Positions 1 to 8,907 of a DNA stretch of 64,000 bases are shown one piece after another (the stretch's first letter is position 1; each line of letters opens with the position of its first letter). The notes beneath the pieces were generated by a model, which searched no databases, had not been told where the DNA came from, and was given only the letters and a program-made list of their open reading frames with translations. A program made the position numbers and the translations under genes. The DNA comes from an uncultured Chloroflexia bacterium (GTDB taxonomy: Bacteria; Chloroflexota; Limnocylindria; Limnocylindrales; CSP1-4), in the NCBI GenBank assembly GCA_963764975.1, contig CAVXUF010000005.1:88454-152453 (forward strand). The letters run 5' to 3'.

Positions 1-107
1 ACCGGGACGCCCCACTCGTCGTCGTGGTACGCCACCATCAGCGCGTCGGGGTTCGGCGCCGAGGCGCTCGACCAGGGGCAACGTGGGCGATCGACGATCT
101 CGGGCAC
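1..107 (-). CDS. tag: DNA-3-methyladenine glycosylase I, N-terminal fragment running off the left edge
   Basis: Minus-strand translation from GTG at 107 gives VPEIVDRPRCPWSSASAPNPDALMVAYHDDEWGVP. This is the Tag-type RCxW...YHDxEWGxP signature. It is absent from the ORF track because it is truncated by the window edge. Confidence 0.55.
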   Translation of the reverse strand, partial: MPEIVDRPRCPWSSASAPNPDALMVAYHDDEWGVP

Positions 108-128
108 GATGCCCGCAGGATAGCGGGC

Positions 129-1631
129 CTACGGCAGCGGCTGGGTGTCGAAGAGCGTGCTTCGCATGATCGGATCACCGGTCGGGATCGCCGCGTTCAG
201 GACCGACCGGAAGACCGTCGCCGAGACCGTCTTCGCCCCACCTGTCCCGATGAGCGTCACCTTGATCAGACGACCGGACACGCCGCGCGCCCGCAGGTCG
301 AGCGCAGTCAGCGCGCCGACATCCGTGCGATGGTCCGCCCCGAACCAGGCGGACAACTGCGCTCGCGTATACGTGCGCATCGTCCACGTGGCGTAGGGCG
401 CCGCCTCGTCGAACGCCGTCCCGTCCTCGCGCCGGTCCGACGACCCGCGCAGGTAGCTGACCTTGCCGGCGACCCGCGCGCCGGTCGCCGAGACGTACAC
501 GTTCTCGTTGTGCTCGGTGCCGCCCCCACCGGTCGAGTGGAACATCGCGTTGGCCACGGTCGAGCTGCTCCACAGGACGATCCCCGCCGTGTCCGCGATG
601 GCGGCATCGGTCGCGATGCGCTCCCCGAGGGCGCCGAGATAGACCTGCGACCGGCTGTCGTCGTAGGCGTCGAACGCCCCGACGCCGGGGCGCAGCTTGC
701 GGACCGCATACGAGCGCGCGGCGATCGCCTGCGCCCGAAGCGCCTCCGTCGGCCAGCTCGACGGCATCTCGGCCGGGACGACGCCGCGCAGGTAAGCCTC
801 GAGATCCACGCGGTTCACGACATCGACGGTGGGACTCGACGTCGACGGGATGACGCGCAGGGCCCCGCGGTAGACGTCGCGCGTCCCGCGCTTCGAGCGC
901 AGGTGGACCCGCCAGTCGTCCGCGCCCCCTCGAAGGGTGAATGTCGGCGGCGCCGCGCGGTCCGCGAGGACCGAGCCGTCGGGCGCGGTGACGCGGATCC
1001 GCCACGCGGTCGAGGCGGTGGCCCCGGTCCCGCTCGTCGCCGGTGTCAGGGTGAGCTTGGCGTCCGGCGGGAAGACGCCCTCGACCCCGCTGACGGTCCA
1101 CTCGGTGGTCCGCCCATAGATGGTCAGAGGCTTGGTGGGTGAGGACCGCCAGTCGTCGAGGACCAGGACGCGGATCACCGGGGCGTCCGGGAGCGCGCCG
1201 AGCGTGGTCTTCCGGTAGTAGTGGGCCAGGATCGCAGGCGCGTCCTGACCGTCGAGCGCGCGGCCGCGGGCCCCGTATTGCGACATCCCGACACCGTGAC
1301 CGTAGCCGCGACCAGCCAACGTGACCGTGGCGCCGAGGACGGTCGGGCCATCCGGTGTGGGGGAGGGGGTCGGCGTGGGTGTCGGTGTCGGGTCAGCCGG
1401 GAGGACCGGGATCGGCTTGGCGTCGGCGCCGTGGGTGGGTGCGGCCCCGGCGAGACCCGCGCCGCACACGATCAGGGCGATGACCAGCGCGACGCCCACG
1501 GAGGTCTGGCGTGGCGCGGATCGGTCTGAGCGGCGAGCGTCGGCCAATGGGGTTCCTCGAGTGGCAGGACCCAAACCATGCCCGGAGCGTCCGGCCGACG
1601 CCATGACCCGACGGGACCACGCCGCGGCCAT
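129..1631 (-). CDS. SpoIID/LytB-domain secreted protein
   Basis: Has a TM/signal segment VGVALVIALIVCGAGLAGAAP and a Pro/Thr linker. Also has the SpoIID-type motif GRGYGHGVGMSQYGARGRA. The track ORF (to 1856) is over-extended; the start is taken at an internal Met (1631 or 1604). Confidence 0.8.
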   Translation of the reverse strand: MAAAWSRRVMASAGRSGHGLGPATRGTPLADARRSDRSAPRQTSVGVALVIALIVCGAGLAGAAPTHGADAKPIPVLPADPTPTPTPTPSPTPDGPTVLGATVTLAGRGYGHGVGMSQYGARGRALDGQDAPAILAHYYRKTTLGALPDAPVIRVLVLDDWRSSPTKPLTIYGRTTEWTVSGVEGVFPPDAKLTLTPATSGTGATASTAWRIRVTAPDGSVLADRAAPPTFTLRGGADDWRVHLRSKRGTRDVYRGALRVIPSTSSPTVDVVNRVDLEAYLRGVVPAEMPSSWPTEALRAQAIAARSYAVRKLRPGVGAFDAYDDSRSQVYLGALGERIATDAAIADTAGIVLWSSSTVANAMFHSTGGGGTEHNENVYVSATGARVAGKVSYLRGSSDRREDGTAFDEAAPYATWTMRTYTRAQLSAWFGADHRTDVGALTALDLRARGVSGRLIKVTLIGTGGAKTVSATVFRSVLNAAIPTGDPIMRSTLFDTQPLP

Positions 1632-1664
1632 CCGAACGACCCACGCGAAGGCTACCCTTTCGGG

Positions 1665-2192
1665 ATGGGTCTTCGCCTGTATCTCGGGCATGGCGCCAGC
1701 GGCGATGCCGCGAGCATGGCGCCGTTCGTCGACGGGCTGCTGGCCCGCGCGATCGACGCCCAGGCGATCGATCTTCCGAAGCGTCGAGCGGAGGACGCCG
1801 TGCCCGCGTTCCACCTGGTGGTGCCCGGGGAGCCGGATGTCGCGGTCGGCGGCCACTCATATGGCGGGCGCGTGGCGAGTCTCGCCGCCGCCGAGCCGGA
1901 TGCGCCGTACGCCGCGCTCGTGCTCTTCAGCTACCCGCTCCATCCACCCGGAGCGCCGGAGCGCACCGACGCCCGCATCGCGCATTGGCCATCGATCACG
2001 GCGCCCGTGCTGCTGCTCTCCGGCGAATCCGACCCGTTCGCCCGGATCGACCTGCTGCGCGCCGCCGTGCCGCGACTGGCCCAGGCGGAGCTCGTCACCT
2101 ACCCACGACTGGGTCACGGGCTCAAGCCCGTCCTCGAGGACGTCCTCGATCGTGTGGCGGCCTTCCTCGCGGCGGTCAAGACCAGCGGGTGA
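1665..2192 (+). CDS. alpha/beta-fold hydrolase (KANL3/Tex30-like, dienelactone-hydrolase-like)
   Basis: Motifs GHGASGD, nucleophile-elbow-like GGHSYGG, and LLLSGESDPF. Start taken at MGLRLYLGHG inside track ORF 1578..2192. Confidence 0.7.
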   Translation: MGLRLYLGHGASGDAASMAPFVDGLLARAIDAQAIDLPKRRAEDAVPAFHLVVPGEPDVAVGGHSYGGRVASLAAAEPDAPYAALVLFSYPLHPPGAPERTDARIAHWPSITAPVLLLSGESDPFARIDLLRAAVPRLAQAELVTYPRLGHGLKPVLEDVLDRVAAFLAAVKTSG

Positions 2193-2400
2193 TCGCCGGT
2201 CGATCGTCCGTGCAGCGCCCGTGAAGCCCCGGATTACGTGCCGTCCGCTACGGTGTGATCGCTCGCCTTGTCGGTTTGCGGCGAGGCCCGTATCCTTGGC
2301 CACTCCCCAGCGACCCGCGGTCCCCAAGCCGAGGCTCGCCTCGATCCCCCGTCGCGATCGCGTCACGACCACGCGTGGCACCCGACAGGAAGGAGCTGTA

Positions 2401-3255
2401 TTGCACGTCAGGACGACCCGTCGGCGGACGATCGCCGTCGCGGCGATGGCGACGATCTTCATGCTTTCCATCGTCGGCCCCGAGGTCGCCCGCGCGGCGA
2501 CACCGCCGGGCCTCGGGCGGTTCATGAACGCGATCGGCCACGTCGAGTCCGGTGGCCGGTACACGGCCCGCAACGCGACGTCAGGCGCGTACGGCAAGTA
2601 CCAGATCATGCCCGCGAACTGGCCCTCGTGGGCCCGGAGGTACCTCGGCAACAGCCGGGCGCCCCAGACGCCGATCAACCAGGAGCGCGTCGCTCGCGGC
2701 AAGTTCACAAGCCTCTATCGCGGGCTCGGGAGCTGGCGCCGCGTCGCGTACTGGTGGCTGACCGGCTCCTCGCAGGGCACCGCCTGGTCCGGTTACGCCG
2801 TCAGCTATGTCAACCGGGTGATGGGCCGCTACCGCGTCGCGAGCCCAAGGATCCCCACCGGGTCCGGGGCGCCCTCGACGGTGTCGCTCAAGCACTACTC
2901 GGAGCGGAGCGCCAAGGTGACGTACACCGGCCCGTGGCGATCGGCACGGCACGCGCTGTACGCCGGGGACCGCGTTCGGTACTCGACGGTCGCCGGGGCC
3001 ACCGCGACGCTGACATTCACCGGTCGCAAGGTCATCTGGTACGGCCCGCTCGGCCCGACCCGCGGCAAGGCCACGGTGGCCATCGACGGCAAGGTCGTGC
3101 GGACCATCGACCTGCGCCGACGGTCCTTCGATGCGCGCGCCGCGATCTTCAGCCGCACGTGGTCCAAGCCCGGCGCCCACTCGATCACGATCACCGTCCT
3201 CGGGTCGGGCGCCCGCCCGATGGTGGCGATCGACGAGTTCGTCGTCCGCCGATAG
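2401..3255 (+). CDS. secreted lytic-transglycosylase-domain protein with a C-terminal beta-rich domain
   Basis: TTG start at 2401 lies 5 nt after GGAAGGAG. Signal peptide IAVAAMATIFMLSIVGPEVARA, then GHVESGGRY...YGKYQIM, an SLT-like catalytic Glu context. The upstream 360 codons of track ORF 1321..3255 are Arg/Pro-rich junk. Confidence 0.75.
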   Translation: MHVRTTRRRTIAVAAMATIFMLSIVGPEVARAATPPGLGRFMNAIGHVESGGRYTARNATSGAYGKYQIMPANWPSWARRYLGNSRAPQTPINQERVARGKFTSLYRGLGSWRRVAYWWLTGSSQGTAWSGYAVSYVNRVMGRYRVASPRIPTGSGAPSTVSLKHYSERSAKVTYTGPWRSARHALYAGDRVRYSTVAGATATLTFTGRKVIWYGPLGPTRGKATVAIDGKVVRTIDLRRRSFDARAAIFSRTWSKPGAHSITITVLGSGARPMVAIDEFVVRR

Positions 3256-3264
3256 GGTCGCGGG

Positions 3265-3645
3265 TCAGCGCGCGGCCATGACCTCGATCTCGATCCGGTA
3301 GTCCGCCGCAAGGGCGCTGACGCCCACGGTCGCGCGCGCGGGCGGTTCGGTCGGGAAGTACTCGCGGTAGACCGCGTTCATCGCGGCGAACTCGCTGAAC
3401 TCGCGCAGGTAGACCGTGGCCTTGACCACGTCGGCGTAGCCGAGGCCGACGGACTCGAGCAGCCGCCCCACGTTGTCGAGCATCTGGCGGGTCTCGGGTT
3501 CGATGCCGCCCGGGACGGGGCCCTTCGACCCGGGGGCGTTCCCGACCTGGCCGGCCACGAACACGAAGCCGTTGGCCTCGACGACCAGGCTGTAGGGAAA
3601 TTCGTTCGGCTCGACGCCTGGCAGGGTCGGGACGCTCTTCGGCAC
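3265..3645 (-). CDS. ridA: RidA/YjgF/L-PSP family enamine-imine deaminase
   Basis: Sequence FVFVAGQVG...ADVVKATVYL...ARATVGVSALA...IEIEVMA is typical RidA. GTG at 3645 lies 6 nt after GGAGG. Confidence 0.85.
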   Translation of the reverse strand: MPKSVPTLPGVEPNEFPYSLVVEANGFVFVAGQVGNAPGSKGPVPGGIEPETRQMLDNVGRLLESVGLGYADVVKATVYLREFSEFAAMNAVYREYFPTEPPARATVGVSALAADYRIEIEVMAAR

Positions 3646-3700
3646 GGGGCACCTCCATCGGACGTTGTCCCCGATACTGTGCCCTGATGCGGACCATCGC

Positions 3701-4633
3701 GTGAGCGCCATCGCGACCCAGGGCCTCGGCAAGGTCTATTCGGGCACGCGCACCCCGGCGCTTGACGACCTGACGATCGACGTCCGCGAGGGCGAGATCT
3801 TCGGGTTCCTCGGCCCGAACGGGGCGGGCAAGAGCACGGCGATCCGGCTCCTGCTCGGGTTCCTCCATCCCACGACCGGGTCCGCGAACGTCCTGGGACT
3901 CGACATCGTTCGCGATTCCGTCGCGATCCGGCGGCGGACGGGCTACCTGCCCGGCGGGATCGCCTTCTGGGACGGCCTCACCGGTGTGCGCCTGCTGGAC
4001 GAACTCGCCGCCCTCTCCGGCCGGCCGCCGGTCCGCCGGGCCGAGCTGTGCGAGCGCCTCGAACTGTCGCCGGCGACCCTGCGTCGACGCGTGCGCGACT
4101 ACTCACGTGGGATGCGCCAGAAGGTCGGGATCATCCAGGCGCTCCAGCACGATCCGGAACTCGCGGTCCTCGACGAGCCCACCGAAGGCCTCGATCCCCT
4201 GATGCAGCGGGCGTTCTACGACATCCTCGACGAGTTGCGGGCGGCGGGCCGGACCATCTTCTTCAGCTCGCACGTGCTCTCCGAGGTGGAGCGCGTGTGC
4301 GACCGGGTGGCCATCGTCCGCGAGGGCCGTCTCGTGGCGCTCGAGGAGATCCCCGCCTTGCTCGCGCGTCGCCGACGGAACGTCGAACTGCGCTTCACCG
4401 GCCCGGCGCCGGACCTCGGCGGAGTCGCCGGGGTCTCCGAGTGGCGCGTGGCGGACGGTCGGCTCACGTGCCGACTCGAGGGCGACGTCGGTCCGTTCCT
4501 CCACGCGATCCGGTCGGCGACGGTCACGGACCTCACGATCGAACCTTCGAGCCTCGAGGAGGCGTTCATGGAGTTCTACGCGACCGCCGATGGTCCTGAC
4601 GCGAGCCCGGCGCCCGTGGTGGCGGGCGCATGA
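3701..4633 (+). CDS. ABC transporter ATP-binding protein
   Basis: Walker A GPNGAGKST, signature-like YSRGMRQK, Walker B LAVLDEPTEGLD. The start is uncertain: GTG 3701 or TTG 3665. Confidence 0.85.
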   Translation: MSAIATQGLGKVYSGTRTPALDDLTIDVREGEIFGFLGPNGAGKSTAIRLLLGFLHPTTGSANVLGLDIVRDSVAIRRRTGYLPGGIAFWDGLTGVRLLDELAALSGRPPVRRAELCERLELSPATLRRRVRDYSRGMRQKVGIIQALQHDPELAVLDEPTEGLDPLMQRAFYDILDELRAAGRTIFFSSHVLSEVERVCDRVAIVREGRLVALEEIPALLARRRRNVELRFTGPAPDLGGVAGVSEWRVADGRLTCRLEGDVGPFLHAIRSATVTDLTIEPSSLEEAFMEFYATADGPDASPAPVVAGA

Positions 4634-5433
4634 ACCTGGCTCTCCTCGCCCACACGTGGCGGTCGAACCGGTGGCGGCTCCTGATCGTGACGGCCGCCCT
4701 GGTCGTCTGGGGGTCGCTGATGCCGGTCGTCTACGACGCCTTCGGTGTCCAGTTCCAGGGGATGTTCGACAGTGGCGCGATCCCGCCCCAGTTCGCCCAG
4801 TTCGGTGGCGGTGACATCTTCAGCCTGACCGGCGCCGTGGCGCTCGGGTTCGTCCACCCGATCGCCGTGGGGCTCAACCTCGTCTTCGCGGTCGGGTTCA
4901 CGGCCGCCGCGGTGGCCGGTGAGCGGCAACGGGGGACGCTCGAGGTCCTCCTGTCGCGCCCGATCTCGCGCCGCCGCCTCTACGCGACGCTCGCGTTCGC
5001 CGGTGCCGTCGCCATCGGTGTCACGGTGGCCGGGATGACGGCGGGCGCCTTCATCGGCTCGGCGCTCGTCGGGCGGACCGCCGAGCTGGGGGTCGCCAAC
5101 CTGCCCCTGCTGTGGTTCAACGGCACGCTCATGTACTGGGCCATCGGCGCGATCGCGCTCCTGGCGTCCGTCGCGTTCGACCGGTTGACGCCGGCGCTCG
5201 GCGTGACCCTCGCGATCGTCCTGGTGTCGTATTTCCTCGACGTCCTCGGCTCGTTGTGGCCCGACGCCAAGGGTCTCCAGCCGTACTCGCTCTTCCACTA
5301 CGTCCATGCCAAGGCGGATCTGGCGGGCCTGCCGCGGGGCGAGGACTTCCTGGTGCTGGGGGCGGTGACCGCGATCGCGGTGGGGACCGCCCTGTGGCTC
5401 TTCCCGCGCCGGGACCTTGCCGCCCCGGCCTGA
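4630..5433 (+). CDS. ABC-2 type transporter permease
   Basis: ATGA overlap with the upstream ATPase. Six hydrophobic segments and no other motif. Confidence 0.7.
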   Translation: MNLALLAHTWRSNRWRLLIVTAALVVWGSLMPVVYDAFGVQFQGMFDSGAIPPQFAQFGGGDIFSLTGAVALGFVHPIAVGLNLVFAVGFTAAAVAGERQRGTLEVLLSRPISRRRLYATLAFAGAVAIGVTVAGMTAGAFIGSALVGRTAELGVANLPLLWFNGTLMYWAIGAIALLASVAFDRLTPALGVTLAIVLVSYFLDVLGSLWPDAKGLQPYSLFHYVHAKADLAGLPRGEDFLVLGAVTAIAVGTALWLFPRRDLAAPA

Positions 5434-5474
5434 CGCGCCATGGACGGCGGAACGCGTGACCCTCGGCCGAGCGG

Positions 5475-6671
5475 CTACTCCCCGGCCGACCGCCACGCGT
5501 CGCGGATCTTCATCCGCCCGGCGGTCTGGAGCACCGCTCCCGCGTAGACGCGAGCCCCCACCGTGAACAGGACCCAGATCCCGGCGAGCGTCGTGACGAC
5601 CGCCAGGCCGATCTCCCAAGGCGCGATCGCATCGAAGGCGGCCCGCAACGGGACAACGAACGGCGCCGACGGCGGCAGGAACGTGGCCACGGTCGCCACG
5701 AGACCATCCGGGTCGTCCATGACGCCGAAGATCGCCACGAAGTAGCTGACGATCGCGACGGTCGTCACCGGCGTCGACGCGTTCGATGCCTCCTCCATGC
5801 GCGAGGCCAGGGCGCCCAGGAACCCGAGCGCGGTGGCATAGAGGGTGTAGCCCAGGACGAACCAGAGGGTCAGCTGGACCAGCGCCCCAGGGGTGGTCGT
5901 GGGCAGGGTGAGACTGTCCATCGCCAGCGCCGCGCCGAGTGCCGCCCCGACGAAGACGAACAGCTGGACGACCCCCAGGACGCCGATCCCGAGGACCTTG
6001 CCCATCAGCAGGTCCCGTGGCCGGACCGTGGAGAGGACCACCTCGACGACGCGGCTCTGCTTCTCCTCGACCACGCCGGTCAGGACCGTGAACCCGAAGC
6101 TGAAGATGCCGACGAGGATGAGGACCGCGCCGATGTTGGCCACGAGGAATCGGCCCTCGTCCAGCTCGGTCTGGGGATCCAGGGCCCGGATCGTCGGTGG
6201 CTGCTGCGCGGCCGCCAGCGCGACCTGGTCGACGTCGCTCGCCTCAAGGACGACGTTGACGCGCAGGCCGACGACGGCCGCCGAGACGATCTGGGCGAGC
6301 CCCTGATCCGTGGTCTCGGCGAATTCGACGCTCCCGGCCGCCGTCAGGTCGGCCGGGACGTCGACGACGGCATCGATCGTGCCCGCCGTGAGTGCGGCCT
6401 GGGCGTCCGCGGCGGTGTCGAAGGACTCCAGCGTCAACTCGCGCTCGAACTGCGCGGCCACGGCCTTGATCCCCGCCGCAAGCCCGTCCGGCGCCGGCTC
6501 CACGACGCCGACGACGGTCCGATCGCTGTCCCCGATCAGCAGTGGCGGAACGACGAACGAGCCCACCACGAGGAGCGTCGTGAACAGCACCGAAAGGACG
6601 AACCCGCGACTCCGTCCGCGCTCGATCATCTCGCGCCGCGCCACGAGCCAGATGCTGCGTGTCCGGGTCAT
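5475..6671 (-). CDS. ABC-2 family permease (NatB-like, large extracytoplasmic loop)
   Basis: N-terminal TM, a loop of about 150 aa, then five TMs containing EEKQSRVVEVVLS. Translationally coupled to the upstream ATPase by an ATGA overlap at 6668-6671. Confidence 0.8.
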   Translation of the reverse strand: MTRTRSIWLVARREMIERGRSRGFVLSVLFTTLLVVGSFVVPPLLIGDSDRTVVGVVEPAPDGLAAGIKAVAAQFERELTLESFDTAADAQAALTAGTIDAVVDVPADLTAAGSVEFAETTDQGLAQIVSAAVVGLRVNVVLEASDVDQVALAAAQQPPTIRALDPQTELDEGRFLVANIGAVLILVGIFSFGFTVLTGVVEEKQSRVVEVVLSTVRPRDLLMGKVLGIGVLGVVQLFVFVGAALGAALAMDSLTLPTTTPGALVQLTLWFVLGYTLYATALGFLGALASRMEEASNASTPVTTVAIVSYFVAIFGVMDDPDGLVATVATFLPPSAPFVVPLRAAFDAIAPWEIGLAVVTTLAGIWVLFTVGARVYAGAVLQTAGRMKIRDAWRSAGE

Positions 6672-7585
6672 GCCGCGGACCCGGTCGCCGGCTCGGCCGG
6701 GCTCACGGCCTCCATGAACAGCTCGGAGAGCTTCGGCGGCTGATACGCGAACCGGCGGACCTCGCCCACGGCGCTGGCGCGGGCCAGGAGCCCATCAAGG
6801 CTGACGTCGCCGCTGACGAGCACCTTCACGCGGGCGCCACTGCGCTCGAGCACCGTCAGTCCGGGTTCCGGCTGGAGCCACGATCCGTCCGTCTCGGCCA
6901 CCTCGACCTCGAGATGGCGGCGGCCGGACGCCGCCTTGAGCTCCTCGATGCCACCGGCCGCGACGATCCGGCCACGGGCGATGATCACGACGTCCTCGCA
7001 GACGTCCTCGACGAGATCGAGCTGATGGCTGGAGAACATCACCCCGACCCCGGCCGCCGCCCGCTCCCGGACGACGTCGGTCATCGTCGCGATCCCGATC
7101 GGGTCCAGACCGGAGAACGGCTCATCGAGCACGAGCAGCTCCGGGTCATGGGCGAGGGCCACCGCGAGCTGGACACGCTGCTGGTTGCCGTGCGACAGCT
7201 CCTCGAGCTTGGACTTCGCCCGGTCGCCCAGACCCATCCGCTCGAGCCAGCGCGTCGCCGCGGCGTCGGCGTCGCGGCTCGCGAGACCGTGCTGCTGGGC
7301 GAAGTAGCTCAACTGCTCACCGACGCGCATGCGCGGGTAGAGGCCGCGCTGCTCCGGCATGTACCCGAACCGCAGACGCGCCGCGCGATCGATCGGCGCG
7401 CCGTTCCAGCGGACCGACCCCCGGTCCGGGAGCGCCAGCCCGAAGATGCAGCGCATCGCCGTCGTCTTGCCAGCGCCGTTCGGGCCGAGGAAGCCCACGA
7501 TCCGGCCCGGTCGTGCGCTGAACGTCGCGCCGTCAAGCGCGACCACCGGGCCGTAGCGCTTCGCAAGGTCGACGACGTCGAGCAT
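6668..7585 (-). CDS. ABC transporter ATP-binding protein (NatA-like)
   Basis: Walker A GPNGAGKTT, signature LSHGNQQR, Walker B LLVLDEPFSGLD. Confidence 0.9.
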   Translation of the reverse strand: MLDVVDLAKRYGPVVALDGATFSARPGRIVGFLGPNGAGKTTAMRCIFGLALPDRGSVRWNGAPIDRAARLRFGYMPEQRGLYPRMRVGEQLSYFAQQHGLASRDADAAATRWLERMGLGDRAKSKLEELSHGNQQRVQLAVALAHDPELLVLDEPFSGLDPIGIATMTDVVRERAAAGVGVMFSSHQLDLVEDVCEDVVIIARGRIVAAGGIEELKAASGRRHLEVEVAETDGSWLQPEPGLTVLERSGARVKVLVSGDVSLDGLLARASAVGEVRRFAYQPPKLSELFMEAVSPAEPATGSAA

Positions 7586-7611
7586 CCCAGGATCCCCGTT
7601 GCGTGGGTGCG

Positions 7612-8862
7612 CTACTCGACGCCGATGATCCGGAAGTGACGAGCGCCCGCCGGCGTCACCACCGAGACGTCATCGCCCACGTCATGGCCCATCAGCGCCC
7701 GCCCAACCGGGGACGCGGACGAGATCCGACCCTCGGCCACATCCGAGTCGGACGATCCGACGATCGTGTAGCGGACGGCCTCCCCGTCGACATCGACCGT
7801 GACCACGGACCCCAGCCCCACGCCGGCGCCGGCCGCGGGGGCGGCGACGATGACCGCGGTCCGCAAGCGGGCCTCGATCTGCTGGACCCGACCCTCGAGG
7901 AACGACTGTTCCTCCCGGGCCGACGTGTAATCGGCGTTCTCTTTCAGGTCGCCGAGCTCCTTGGCGGCCCGGATCCGGGCGATGACCTCGGGCCGCCGCG
8001 TGCGGGTCAGCTCCTCGAGTTCAGCGCGAAGCCGCGACGCGCCGTCGGACGTCATCGCCTCGGCACCCGCCGGGAGCGGCGTGTCGGCCGCCACGATGGG
8101 CACCGCCGAAGCGGATCGGGGCGACGCGGCGCCTCGGGCTCGGGGACCGGGGCCGGACCCGATGGCGGTCGTCGTTCGTCGTCGCGCGGTGGATGGCTCG
8201 CCTCGAGCCCCGTCAGCGTCGCCGTCGGGGACGCGGACGACGCGCGTCGGCGGGGCCGGGGCCTGGGTCGGCTCGGGGATCAGGGCGCCGCGCAGACCGG
8301 TCGCCTTGCGCTCGCCCGTCGGTCGCCGGAGGTTCGCCCACGGCAGCACCACGTCCTGATCCGGAAGGATCGTGCGCTCCGCCTCCGTCACGCCCGCTTC
8401 GAAGGCGGCGAGCAGCGCGTCCTCGTATTCCTCGACGGCCGGTGTGGTCGCCCACCAGACGCGTGTCCCCACCGGCATCCGCAGGCTCGCGAGCCAGTGA
8501 CCGCCCGCATACGGGCGTCGATCGCCGAGCGGGGTGGCGAGCATCGCGGCGACCCGGCGACTGATCGACACGTCCGTGGCCCCCACGTACAGGACGGGCT
8601 GGCTCGGGAGCCAGAACGCGCCGAGTCGGGCGGCGAGCGCCTTCGATGTCGGATGTTCGCCGTCGAGGTCGAGCCCTTCGACCCGCTCCACCCACTTGCC
8701 GACGCGGGTGAGTTCGATCGGCGCGCGCGGCAATGGCTCAGCCAATTCGATCAGGAAGACGCCCGGTCCGGCCGGTGGCAGGGGACGGCCCCACACGACC
8801 GGTCCATCCGCGAGGAGGTCGACGGCACGAAGCAGCCCGGGGGCAGTCCTGTCGGGGGTCAC
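7612..8862 (-). CDS. greA: GreA-type transcript-cleavage factor fused to an N-terminal domain of about 190 aa with unknown function
   Basis: The last 147 codons are canonical GreA (LRAELEEL...LGDLKENADYTSAREEQSFLEGRVQQIEARL...GRISSASPVGRALMG). The same open frame continues upstream through a Pro/Ala/Arg linker into a well-composed domain. An internal Met at 8055 could also give a stand-alone GreA. Confidence 0.75.
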   Translation of the reverse strand: MTPDRTAPGLLRAVDLLADGPVVWGRPLPPAGPGVFLIELAEPLPRAPIELTRVGKWVERVEGLDLDGEHPTSKALAARLGAFWLPSQPVLYVGATDVSISRRVAAMLATPLGDRRPYAGGHWLASLRMPVGTRVWWATTPAVEEYEDALLAAFEAGVTEAERTILPDQDVVLPWANLRRPTGERKATGLRGALIPEPTQAPAPPTRVVRVPDGDADGARGEPSTARRRTTTAIGSGPGPRARGAASPRSASAVPIVAADTPLPAGAEAMTSDGASRLRAELEELTRTRRPEVIARIRAAKELGDLKENADYTSAREEQSFLEGRVQQIEARLRTAVIVAAPAAGAGVGLGSVVTVDVDGEAVRYTIVGSSDSDVAEGRISSASPVGRALMGHDVGDDVSVVTPAGARHFRIIGVE

Positions 8863-8907
8863 CCCCTGATGGTACCCGGCCTCGACTCAGGCTATGGTGC
8901 GCGCATC

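Noticed and set aside
24-1142. Long ORFs antisense or out of frame to recognisable genes. Examples: 24..1142+, 7603..8907+ (the upstream extension of the ORF whose 8908..10194 part is kept), 35066..36802-, 47297..49384+, 50670..52493-, 59112..61106-, 61787..63064-, 63161..63994-.
   Set aside because: They are Arg/Pro/Gly/Asp-rich with no motifs, and each overlaps a gene with clear family signatures on the other strand or frame. This is the usual shadow-ORF artefact of a roughly 70% GC genome.
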